Source: Octopus vulgaris
Lineage: Eukaryota
Reading direction: 5' to 3'
Assembly: GCA_951406725.2 (NCBI GenBank)
Contig: OX597815.1
Span: forward strand, 28,830,001 to 28,894,000
Length of the DNA stretch: 64,000 nucleotides
Shown here: one piece after another, positions 38,435 through 50,050 of the stretch
Layout of the letters: every line of letters starts with the position of its first letter
Position numbering within the stretch: the stretch's first letter is position 1
The notes under the pieces: model-generated
What the model was told of the DNA's origin: nothing
The model's input: only the letters and a program-made list of their open reading frames with translations
Databases searched by the model: none
Program-made: the position numbers and the translations under genes

Positions 38435-39520
38435 GGATGGTGGGTTAGAAGAATCATTAGAGTGTCGGACGAAATGATTTGCAGTATTTGTTCTGTTTTT
38501 TTTTTTGTTCTTTTTTTGTTTTTTGTTTTTACATTATGATTTCAAATCCCGATGAAGTCAACTTTACTTTACATGATTATGGAATCAATAAAACAAAACA
38601 CCGGTAATGTACTGAACTCAATATATATTTCTTTACTACCCACAAGGGACTAAACACAGAGGGGACAAACAAGGACAGGCAAACGGATTAAGTCGATTAC
38701 ATCGACCCCAGTGCTTAACTGGTACTAAATTTATCGACCCCGAAAGGATGAAAGGCAAAGTCGGCCTCGGCGGAATTTGAACTTGGAACGTAACGACAGA
38801 CGAAATACGGCTACGCATTTCGCCCAGCGTGCTAACGTTTCTGCCAGCTCGCCACCGTTCCTGAAATCAATATAATCAACTGATTCCCTTCTCTCAAATT
38901 TCTGTCTATGTATTTTACTATATAACTATATTTATATGTACATAAGACAGCGATATGGCCGGTTGGGAAATTTTACCTTCTGGCTCTATATTTTGGGTTC
39001 AAATCTCGCTGAGGTCAGCTTTGCCTTTCATTATTTTGAGTTCGATTAAATAAAACACCAGTTAAGTACTCACATCGATATAGTCAACTAATCCCCTGCC
39101 CTCAAACTTTTGGCCTTCTACTGATATAAGCAACAATTATTATTGTTGCTGCGTAAAGGTGGAAGAATGGCAGAATAGTTAGCACATTGGACGAAATACT
39201 TTACGGTATTTGATTCTGAGTTCAAATCCCGCTGAGGTCAATTTTATCTTAAATTCTCTAGGGCCGATGGAGTCGATGACATCGACTTATCCTCTCCCCT
39301 TAAAACTGCTAGCCTGGAGCCTAACATGGAAACAATTATTATTGTTAAGGTGGTAGTGTTGGTGGTTTAAGGATAGTAACTAGTAGAACAGCTTGAGTAG
39401 TAGTAGTAAATTGCCTTCTGGAATTATTTAGTTGCACATCTTTACAGTCTAAGTTCCAATCCCGCCGAGGTTAACTTCGCTTTTTATACTTCTAAGGCTA
39501 ATAAAATAAGATACCTATCA
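38435..39520. mobile_element. Cluster of SINE family B copies: intact minus copy 38626-38856 plus about four old plus-strand copies
   Basis: Repeated gagttcaaatcccgctgaggtcaa.tttgccttt motifs near 38540, 39000, 39220 and 39455. Confidence 0.75.
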
Positions 39521-39529
39521 AATATTGTC

Positions 39530-39932
39530 GGATCTTTTCGGTTTGAACGGCAGTTTTTTCTAGAGGTGTCATATGAAATTGTCACCCATAATTATGACCC
39601 TAGTATCGATCTATTGCATTTCAATCCGTTTTAGGGTTAGGGGTGGGGAGAAAGGTATCTTTTTAACTTCACAAATGTAAATAAACCTAATCTGTTTCTT
39701 AACATATTGACGCGTCACAGAATGTTGTTTAACTCAATGGACGTCATTGATTGGTTGGAATTGCAGAAATTGAAGAAAAAAAACAACAAATATCTTACAA
39801 ACTATAGAATTTCCTCAATAAAACCAAGAGAAAAAGATGTTTTATAAACACATTCTACCAGTATACGAAGTTTTAAATTTTTTAGTTACCTAGAAATTAT
39901 GTTAAAAACTGCCGTTCAAACCGAAAAGATCC
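39530..39932 (-). mobile_element. GGATC-TIR MITE copy 1
   Basis: TIR ggatcttttcggtttgaacggcagttttt at both ends; perfect 8-bp TSD ATATTGTC; internal ttagggttaggg. Confidence 0.92.
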
Positions 39933-40758
39933 ATATTGTCTTTGAGATTAATGAGCGTTCCAACAATATAAAAAGTTAAAAGGATCTGATGCGGATGTCT
40001 CTTCATGATCGTTCGACTTGCTAAAATTAGTAGCCATCGTCCTTAAATCAAATACCTATAATCGTAGAAGAGAAAAGACACACTGGATAATGTAGTCCTA
40101 GATACACCAGGAAAGCATTTCGAGTGTATCAAATTCAGTGTGGGTTTTTTTTCTTCTAATTACATAATAGTAAAATAAGGGAAAAACATCTTTCATGATT
40201 ATCGTAACTTAATTCACAGTCTGGTAAGGGAGGAGAGGTATATGAAGATGTAGTCGAATCATTCAACTGAGTAGATTATTGTTACAGTATTGATTTATCA
40301 AAAGTATTTATTTCAGCAACTCTTTACTTGCATTCGTTTCATCAAAATGACAACAACAACAACAAAAATCAAAATATAAACAAGTCGACAAAATAGCCCT
40401 TACGTGGTAGCATAATATGTTGGAAATAGCAGCCAAGCCTCCCTCAGCTTACATCCTACCTTCTTTAAAAATGAGCGGACACATTGGATGAAGTTGATTT
40501 AGATGCACTGTCCGGAATAAAAGAGACCACAGTTAGTATATTATATCTTTGATCCTAAATCGACTTGATTTAGCCTGACCAAAAAAAAAGAAAATGAAGA
40601 ATAAAAAAAAGCGTCAGGAAAAATATCGTTCAGTTTTTTATAATCTGTATGTATATGTTCGTGTGTATGTCTGCGTGTATATGTTTGTGTTTTGTTTATG
40701 TTCTTGTCCTTGGATATGTAATCTGTAGGCAGAAGAAAATAACAGATAATAAATAATA

Positions 40759-40903
40759 GGTGTAGGAGTGGCTGTGTGGTAAGTAGCTTGCTTACCAACC
40801 ACATGGTTCCGGGCACCTTGGGCAAGTATCTTCCACTATAGCTTCGGGCCGACCAAAGCCTTGTGAGTGGATTTGGTAGACGGAAACTGAAAGAAGCCCG
40901 TCG

Positions 40904-40972
<69 letters not shown>

Positions 40973-41157
40973 AACATCACTTCACAACCGATGCTGGTGT
41001 GTTTACGTCCCCGTAACTTAGCGGTTTGGCAAAAGAGACCGATAGAATACGTACTAGGCTTACAAAGAAGAAGTCCTGGGATCGATTTGCTCGACTAAAG
41101 GCGGTGCTTCAGCATGGCCACAGTCAATTGACAGAAACAAGTAAAAGAGTAAAAGAA
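40759..41157 (+). mobile_element. SINE family A
   Basis: Head with a small deletion of the B-box region, internal (TA)(TG)n and full tail. Confidence 0.9.
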
Positions 41158-42028
41158 TATAGAATTAAAACTTTTCTTCCGGCATTAAAAAAAATGCTCC
41201 GTGAATCGTAAACTGTTATAAACGAAAACTCCATGCTAGTAGAATTAATTTCCCTCTAATTCTTTTCAACAAGCTAATATTTTGACAAATGTGTCTTAAT
41301 TACGCTCCGTCTGTGCTACAACGATATTTCCTATTAGTATATTGAACGGCTGACTTCACAAATCCGAGAAGAGCACTCGTGTGACTAAAGTAAAGGTTGT
41401 TCACTGCTTCACTTGTTTTCGTTTCTCATGGATGACCTGTGTTAATCTTGCTTCATTTCAGAGAAACCTCTTTTCAAGACAAGCTGCAATATGCAATAGC
41501 GTAATTTATACATAGATTTCATTTACTTCAAGAAGGATAAAATATTATCTATTTGGTATCATTAAAAAAAATTGGCGTTTATACTTCAACATACTAGAGA
41601 CGAGAGAGCCTACTTTGATTCATCTAAATCTGTAATAAATTATTCTATATTTGAAAAGAGTCGCATAGTCATTGGGGGTAAGCAAAGACATATGCCATAT
41701 TGACAACTACATCAGGGTTCTATCCTCAAAACGCAGGCTGAAAGAATACAGAAGTGTCTGCGTACACACATGTATACGGGCACACACACTCACACACAAA
41801 TTAACACGCAGACACGCACAAATATATACACAAACATTCAGAAACACACACACACACATATATATATAAACACGCATACATATATACATATACACACACA
41901 TACACACATATATATATAAATACATATACATGCACACATAAATGCACACATATATGCGCATATATATATATATATACATATATGTATATTGATGCTTACC
42001 TATACATACATACATACATATATATAGT

Positions 42029-42434
42029 GGCGCAGGAGTGGCTGTGTGGTAAGTAGCTTGTTTACCAACCACATGGTTCCGGGTTCAGTCCCACTGCGTG
42101 GCACCTTGGGCAAGTGTCTTCTGCTATAGCCTCGGGCCGACCAAAGCCTTGTGAGTGGATTTGGTAGACGGAAACTGAAAGAAGCCCGTCGTATATATGT
42201 ATATATATATATGCGTGTATGTGCTTGTGTGTCTGTGATTGTCTCCCTAGCATTGCTTGACAACCGATGCTGGTGTGTTTATGTCCCCGTTTCTTAGCGG
42301 TTCGGCAAAAGAGACCGATAGAATAAGTACTGGGCTTACAAAAGAATAAGTTCCGGGGTCGAGTTGCTCGATTTAAGGCGGTGCTCCAGCATGGCCGCAG
42401 TCAAATGACTGAAACAAGTAAAAGAGTAAAAGAG
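42029..42434 (+). mobile_element. SINE family A, full length
   Basis: ggcgcaggagtggctgtgtggtaag...gggttcagtccc...ggcggtgctccagcatggccgcagtcaaatgactgaaacaagtaaaagagtaaaagag. Confidence 0.92.
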
Positions 42435-42507
42435 TATATATGCGCATATATATATATGTATGTATGTATATAAATACATACTTATACACACACACTCACA
42501 CACACAC

Positions 42508-42559
<52 letters not shown>

Positions 42560-43101
42560 CAAAAAGGAAAATGGAGGGGATACAAAAATGACATACATCA
42601 GTCGGTAGACATTCTATTATGTCTATTTATACTAATGAGGAAGTATTATAAGAATACGTACACATAACAAACACGAATACCGCACTTTGGTTACCACCTG
42701 GTGCCATTATCTCTTTAGTACCAGCTTGCATCCTGCATATAAACTCCCACCTCCGAAATACGGACCATACTTTTAAACCCATCACTGTAAACAGAACGTG
42801 TATTTATATGTAAACAAAATAAGAACCACAACCTAAATTCACCCTTCCAAAAAATAATTCCTCCTTGGAACGACTATATCCACCAATCCACCAATGGATG
42901 AAATAGCATGAATCTTGGAAAGCAACACTTGAAGTCTATGACTTATTTCCCTTTCCTATAACTAATCCATTTTACTAAATTTTACTCCTCTCACACTTTG
43001 AGTTTTGCTCCAATTCTTCTTATGCCCTCTTCAATAAGAAAATTTACTGTACCTATTACTAACTGACTCTTGTATGTATCGGCTCTCCTAGCCATTTAGA
43101 C

Positions 43102-43224
43102 CCTCTGAAGAAGCCTAGAGGTACACTCAACATCCAAACTCTATCTACCTATCCCTACAGAACACTGATGAGATGGAAGTAGCATGGAGAATATCGTGGC
43201 CACTTGGTAGAAACGGCCGTAAGG
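43102..43224 (+). ncRNA. Type I hammerhead motif with an extended helix II
   Basis: cct-CTGAAGA-a-gcctag...about 85 nt...cttggt-a-GAA-acggccgt-a-agg. Intact core, palindromic stem III ACGGCCGT, stem I cct/agg. Confidence 0.6.
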
Positions 43225-43556
43225 AACTGATCTTTTACTCTTTTAGTTCATATTTGTGTAGCACACAGTCCTTGCATGTATGTGTATTCTTATAATACTT
43301 CCTTATATTTTAGAATAAATAGACGTAACAGAATGTCTACCGGCTGATGTATGTCATTTTTGTATCCACTCCATTTTCTTTTTTGCCGTATAAATTAAGG
43401 GGGAACTACCTTTTACCCACCGCCCATATATGACACTCGATTGCGAAATAGCAACGCAACAACCAGCACTTGGGTATTAATAACTGGGTACACTACTAGC
43501 AGTATAATGGATAGGTACTATCCCTTAGTTGGTTGGCTTCCCAACCTCTAACTCTC

Positions 43557-43615
<59 letters not shown>

Positions 43616-43616
<1 letters not shown>

Positions 43617-43863
43617 TGTGAAAGGAGATAAAGCGAGCGGAAGAAAACAGGAAGTCGCCACTAAAGAAAGCGCATTCGACGGAAGGAAGAGCCAGTAGCG
43701 CCGTCAGAGAGCTCCTTCCAATGCAGCTACTGTATGCGGGACTGCCACATCCGGGTGGGCCTGTACAGCCACAACAGACGCTGTACCATCATCAGCTGTA
43801 GACATGGTTTTTTCGAGCGCAGATCTATGGCCTCTCGAGACCGACGGATGCCTACTACTACTA
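43616..43863 (+). mobile_element. RTE/BovB-like LINE 3' end with C-terminal zinc finger
   Basis: KERIRRKEEPVAPSESSFQCSYCMRDCHIRVGLYSHNRRC, then ggcctctcgagaccgacggatgcc and (tac)n. Confidence 0.8.
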
Positions 43864-44853
43864 TAAGCATGCATATACTTATATATATATATACATACAT
43901 ACATACATAAATACATACATAAATACATACATAAATACATGCATACACACACATGTATATACATATACATATTTTCATACATATACACACAAATACATAT
44001 AAATATATACATGTATAAAAACCACATAGATAAGACAAGCAAACTTTGAACCAAAGAAGAAGCAAGCAAGATATACCACATTCAGTCAGACAGGTGAAAG
44101 CACGCCCTTGGAAAGCGTAGAAATATAAGTCGAAAGAGCAGCAAAGAATGAAATGTGCAATGAAGTATATACGCCAAAATAAAAAAACGGAAGACAATTC
44201 AAAGAGAAAAAAAAAGAACAGAAAAGTGTAAGAAATAATGTACAATAACAAAAATATACATCAGTTCATAAGGCAGGCATATATGTAATAAGCTCCCTTA
44301 TATCTGATACCAATTGAACCGGAGGGTTGCCGGATAAGTGAAATTTCCGGATAGCTGTTTATCACTTTTTTAATTACCATGTCAGCTTCAAAACTAACTA
44401 AAACTCTATATGTACATCAGTGTTATCAATAATATTCTAATTGAAAGAAATAGGAAGAAATGGAAATGTAATATTGTACAGAACAAGTTTTAGTGGCCTA
44501 ATAAAATACAGGTTCGAAAAATGCAGTAAAATTAGAAGCAATAATCCATTTTAGATAGACTAGAAGCTTCTTTTTTTATGGCAAATAGTTAACACAAATT
44601 AGTACAAATTACCTTAATTCTACTTAATAACACATTTCCTTTTCCTTCTGTTTTTTTCTGGGTGCCGGTTACCTGAGAGTTCTGGCTATTCGTGTACCGG
44701 AAACTCTATATATGTTTTCTTCTTATGAACTCCGGCTTTATTGGACCAGCGTCTTCAGGAGTCTATTGAACCATATTAACTCCGATATTCATTTCACCTT
44801 TGTACTTAATTTAACGATTTTCTTTGTCGAACTGTTAAGCTAAATTATATATA

Positions 44854-45078
44854 CAGTAATCCCTCGCCATATCGCGGTTCACCCATCGCGGTATATTATT
44901 TAAGTTTGCGTCGATTCCTCTGTGGTATTGTTTTTGCATTTATAATAAAATAAATATACACAAATTATAAAAATAATTTTTTAAAATATATACAGTACAG
45001 TACTGTTTCTTCTTCACAGATTTTCACCAATCGCGGAGGTGGGTGGAACGTAACACCCGCGATAGTCGAGGGATAATG
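44854..45078. mobile_element. Tigger/pogo-like MITE
   Basis: TA-cagtaatccctcgccatatcgcgg and ccgcgatagtcgagggataatg form inverted ends. Confidence 0.75.
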
Positions 45079-45662
45079 AATAACTAATTCTAAGAGGTTG
45101 TCATATTAAATTGAACAGTCCACAGAAAACTTTATCATTGTCAAAGAAACCTCCTAACTGTTATTTGCTTAGCAAATAAATACATTCAACATAGGTAACT
45201 ATGTCGAATAGTTACCTATGTTGAACTAGTTAGTGGTCTCATCCTGACATCAAAAGTCTTGCTCTCTTTTCGCGAAGTAACATACTATAACAATATAAAG
45301 TTTCATGGTTTCTCTGTTTCATTTAACAAGCTGATTATGCTGATTGTCACGAAGTCTTGTTTGATCACGCAACATATTCTCAATTTTTGCTTCACCGATA
45401 TATTGCAAGTGGTTTTATCATACTCTATAATTTTTCATTGTTTTATGTCTATGTGGCAAACCCTTATGCCTGTAAGTATTGCATACATTTTATCATTTAA
45501 AAACTGACATGAGCAACAATAAACTCTTTTCTCACTAGAACATCTAGTTATTCCATTAATAATGTATACTCTATCCTATCTTTTATTAGTTTCATTTATT
45601 GGACTGGGGTCATGCTGTGGCACTGCCTTGAAGGGTGTGGTCGAAAATTCAACACCAGCATT

Positions 45663-46081
45663 GGATCTTTTCGGTTTGAACGGCAGTTTTTAACATAATT
45701 TCTAGGTAACTAAAAAATTTTAAACTTCGTATACTGGTAGAATGTGTTTATAAAACATCTTTTTCTCTTGGTTTTATTGAGAAAATTCTATAGTTTGTAA
45801 GATATTTGTTGTTTTTTTTCTTCAATTTCTGCAATTTCAACCAATCAAAGACATCTATTGAGCTGAAAACATTCTGTGCCGTATGAATACGCCCCTCGTT
45901 TAAGAAACAGATTGGGTTTATTTACATTTGTGAAGAAAAAAAGATACCCTTTCCCCACCCCTAACCAACCCTAACCCTAAAACAGATTGAAATGTAATAG
46001 ATCGATACTAGGGTCATAATTATGGGTGACAATTTCATATGACACCGCTAGAAAAAACTGCCGTTCAAACCGAAAAGATCC
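45663..46081 (+). mobile_element. GGATC-TIR MITE copy 2, inserted in a SINE A tail
   Basis: Same TIRs and body as copy 1; contains ccctaaccaaccctaaccctaa. No matching TSD is visible. Confidence 0.9.
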
Positions 46082-47115
46082 GTTCGGTACTTATTCTACT
46101 GGCTCTTGTGCCGAACTGCTAAGTTGCGGGGACGTAAACAAATGAGAAAAAAGAAGCAGGAAGAGGAACAAAGAGCGGAGGTACAAATGCAAGTAAGCGA
46201 AAAGATAGAAAATCGTAGGAGAAAAGTATACCGTTGGAAAAAGAAAGAAGAAAACGTTAATTCACCACCCAAAATTCCACAGAAAAAAGATAAAAGAAAA
46301 TATAGAGGAGAATCAATGGGAAAGACCAGAGATACAATAAAAGAAGATTGCGGAGGAGAAAGAAAGTGCGCAGAAAGGAAAAGAAGAGAGAAGGGAAATA
46401 ACCCCAGTTATTATTACAGAGAAGGATGAGACTCCAAAACCAGGAACATCAGGAGAGAATAACGACGGGAAACGGGAGTTGGTAACAAAAGGAAAACACA
46501 TTCGAATGATGATAACCTATAAAAAGAATGTTAGAGATCGAGAGAAAGATTACAAAAATGAAAAATGTAATTAGAGTCAAGTTATCCGGGGGAGAGGAGA
46601 GTACCGAGGACGACAGGACGGTCTTGCTCGAGAGAGAGGGAGAGGTGAAAGGTTAAAGGAACTATTTGGTGAAAAAATTGAAATACCGCCGTTACACGTT
46701 CGATACGATGAGATGCCACCAGTGGTAGCATTTGTAGATATAATACAATATTTACTATGAAATAAAGTGGAATATTTAAAATTTCAAACAAATGACTTTT
46801 AAAACAAAAAATGATGCAAAATAAGAATAATGAACTGTAAAGTTAATATGTGATACATAAACAGTAGAATGGAACTACCTGCTTTAGGGGGTAGGAAACC
46901 CATTTCATTCTCATTTTCATTATATCATGATTCATAGGATATGTGTTCTATGTACCCCAATGTATTGTTTTGTCTGGTTTTGTTTTGTTCACTCTCTTTT
47001 TCTTTATTAGGCTTTAAATATAGAGGGGACACTACAAAGACAGACAACACAAACGTGGGGTACATATAATAATTAACGAATGATTTATGAGATGTAAAAA
47101 ATATAAAAAATAAAA

Positions 47116-47520
47116 GGATCTTTTCGGTTTGAACGGCAGTTTTTAAAAATAATTTCCACGTAACTAAACACTTTTAAACTTCGTATACTGGTAGAATGTG
47201 TTTATAAAACATCTTTTTCTCTTGGCTTTATTGAGAAAATTCTATAGTTTGTAAGATATTTGTTGTTGTTTTTTTTTCTTCAATTTCAACCAATCAATAA
47301 CGTCTATTGAGGTGAAAGCATTCTGTGCCGTATGAATATGTCTCTCGTTTAAGAAACAGATTGGGTTTATTTACATTTCTAAAGAAAAAAGATACCCTTC
47401 CCCCCACTCCTAACCCTAAAACAGATTGAAATGCAATAGATCGATACTAGGGTCATAATTATGGGTGACAATTTCATATGACACCACTAGAAAAAACTGC
47501 CGTTCAAACCGAAAAGATCC
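47116..47520 (+). mobile_element. GGATC-TIR MITE copy 3
   Basis: Same TIRs; flanks aaataaaa and aaatataa (7/8 TSD match). Confidence 0.9.
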
Positions 47521-47889
47521 AAATATAATGATAATGAAAATGGCTTTCTACCCACCAAAGTAGAAAGTTGCATTTTACTGTTTTTACTGTTCAGTTTGTA
47601 TTTTTTTTTTATTTCTATATCAAAAAGTCACCATCTCTTCGAAAGTCATCACAGGTGGTAATTCGTCGAATCGAACACGTAATATTGTATTCTCTATTCT
47701 ACTTCCGAATGTCTCTCTCAGTCTGGCTGCTTTTTCGTCATCTAATTTTACTGCTTTCTTGATTGAGGCCTTGTGCCTAATAAAAGAAATCAGAATCGTT
47801 CGCACGCTTTCAGGGTACGATAAAATAAGCACCAGTTGTTCACTTGAGTCGCTGAAATCGACTCGCCCTATATTCTAAAATTTTGTACT

Positions 47890-48197
47890 GGCACTCCGTC
47901 GATTACGACGACGAGAGTTGATCCGATCAACGAAAAAGTCTGTCCGTGAACACTTAACGTGCAAGTAGCTGAGCACTCCACTGACAAGCGTACACTTAAC
48001 GTCGTAGTTCTCAGGGAGATTCGGCATGACACAGGTCGATCCTTTGAATTACAGGTACAACTCTTTTTTGCCAGCTGAGTGGACTGGAGCAAAGTGAAAT
48101 AAAGTGTCTTGCTCAAGAACACAACGTGCCACCGCGAATCGAACTCGTGACCTTACAACCGTGAGCCGATTACCTTATTCACTAAGTCACTCGCCTT
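47890..48197 (-). mobile_element. SINE family C, tail type 1
   Basis: Aligns with 32978-33289 (gcactccgtcg.ttacgacgacgag...ccagctgagtggactggagcaa). Confidence 0.85.
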
Positions 48198-48574
48198 CAC
48201 AAAATTTTGAACTACTTATAAAATTATTAATAAATTCATACTTTTTTTTCCTAAAATTTCGAATCTGTTCGATTGGGAAAGATTTCAGTCAATTCAACCT
48301 TATTTTTTGAACGACCTAGATTGACGAACAGTAAATTCAATATTAGTGTAATTTGAACTCCTTAAATCTGTATTGTTCACTTGAAGTCCTAATCTGCGCA
48401 GGAGATAAGAGTTAAGGAAGGCCATCACCGCACTAACTAGCATACGCTGTTTCTTATCTCGTTTAACTCTGGTCGATCGGAACGTAGTTCGAGAAATGGC
48501 AGAACTGCCTGACACAAGCATACGTCGCTGACATACATTAGAACTGTTGACACTTGGAGATAAGGAATACTTAC

Positions 48575-48613
48575 AGATCTGATCTTTGATACCGATATTC
48601 TTCTTCCGCATCT
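48575..48613 (-). other. Candidate 39-nt micro-exon
   Basis: ttcttctcttcaaatcgttccttcag|AGATGCGGAAGAAGAATATCGGTATCAAAGATCAGATCT|gtaagt. Strong acceptor, consensus donor, GAAGAAGAA enhancer-like motif, open in all three frames. Confidence 0.45.
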
Positions 48614-48757
48614 CTGAAGGAACGATTTGAAGAGAAGAATAAATTACCTGACTGCACTTATATAAACACATACTCACAAGCCTGTGTGTGTGAGAGAGAG
48701 AGCAATATGGCTGAATGGTTGAGAAGCGCACTTTGGAACCACGAGAGATGAGTATAG

Positions 48758-49174
48758 GGATCTTTTCGGTTTGAACGGCAGTTTTTAACATAATTTCTAG
48801 GCAACTAAAACATTTTAAACTTCGTATACTGGTAGAATGTGTTTATGAAACATCTTTTTCTCTTGGCTTTATTAAGAAAATTCTATAGTTTGTAAGATAT
48901 TTGTTGTTTTTTACTTCTTCAATTTCTGCAATTTCAACCAATCATTGACGTCTATTGAGTTAAAAAGCATTCTGTGTCGTATGAATATGTCTCTCGTTTA
49001 AGAAACAGATTGGGTTTATTTACATTTGTGAAGAAAAAAGATACCCTTCCTCCACTCCTAACCCTAACCCTAAAGGAGATTGAAATGCAATAGATCGATA
49101 CTAGGGTCATAATTATGGGTGACAATTTCATATGACACCGCTAGAAAAAACTGCCGTTCAAACCGAAAAGATCT
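48758..49174 (+). mobile_element. GGATC-TIR MITE copy 4
   Basis: Same TIRs; perfect 8-bp TSD GAGTATAG; contains cctaaccctaaccctaa. Confidence 0.92.
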
Positions 49175-49389
49175 GAGTATAGTTCCACAGCGTACTGTTG
49201 CAGTAACAATTTATCTAGGTGGGTTTTATGACGTTTAGCTCCATTCACATATTCAAGCACATCAGTGTGACACTGCCTATGGTTCTTAAAAAATGAATCT
49301 ATGACACGTGCACGCACTCGCGCACACGTATACACACATCACATCAAAATGGTCATTCATATGTGTGTGTGTGTGTGTGTGTGTGTGTA

Positions 49390-49563
49390 TCCATGGGTCT
49401 CGTCAGTCCCGTGAGACCATGACGCTGTAATCAGGAAAGTCTTGCTTCGGTTTTGTTGGCAGAGCAACGCCTGCTTTGAATGTAGAGGTTCTCACGGGAG
49501 TAACAGCTCACTGCTGCAGCGACTGCATTTGAAGGCACTCTCCGTTACGCTGTCCAAAGGCTG
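49390..49563 (-). mobile_element. RTE/BovB-like LINE 3' end
   Basis: Minus strand: ESAFKCSRCSS..CYSRENLYIQSRRC, then catggtctcacgggactgacg. Related to 43616-43863. Confidence 0.7.
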
Positions 49564-49769
49564 ATTTTTTTTTTTTTTTTTGTCGAATCCAATTTACTTC
49601 TGCTTGCTGAAAAATAAAACATACACATACACTTACAACCTTGTAAGTAGTTGATCTCACGTTGATTTAATTTTATCAGCTCATTTGCTTTGCTCCAATT
49701 CGGATGTTTATTTATTTGTATTTTAAACTTAATATGTTGTGTTTCATTGCAAATATGATTCATATAATA

Positions 49770-50050
49770 TTGATTTCCGGATCGGGCTGTGTTGTGTTCT
49801 TGGGCAAGACACTTTATTTCACGTTGCTCCAGTTCAGTCACCTGTAGAAATGAATTGCGATGTCACTGGTGCCAAGCTGTATCGGCTTTTGCCTTTCCTT
49901 TGGATAAGACCCTGGCGTAGAGAGGGGAGGCTGGTATGCATGTGTAATTGCTGGTCTTCTATAAACAACTTTACCTGGACTTGTGCCCCCGAAGGTAACT
50001 TTCTAGATACAATCCCATAGTCATTCAAGACCAAAGTAGGTCTTTATCCT
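49770..50050 (+). mobile_element. SINE family C, tail type 2 (5'-truncated)
   Basis: CORE-like gttgtgttcttgggcaagacactttatttcacgttgctccag, then tail gtcactggtgccaagctgtatcggc. Matches 55560-55895. Confidence 0.85.

Noticed and set aside
41462-41500. Plus-strand 39-nt exon candidate (ETSFQDKLQYAI)
   Set aside because: It is on the opposite strand to the other candidates and has moderate splice sites. It shows that such patterns can arise by chance.
45955-45980. CCCTAA repeats as a telomere or chromosome fusion site
   Set aside because: Only 2-3 units, always inside the GGATC-TIR MITE.
48300-48791. 163-aa ORF on the minus strand
   Set aside because: It begins inside a MITE TIR, crosses a SINE head and a microsatellite, and has no recognisable domain.
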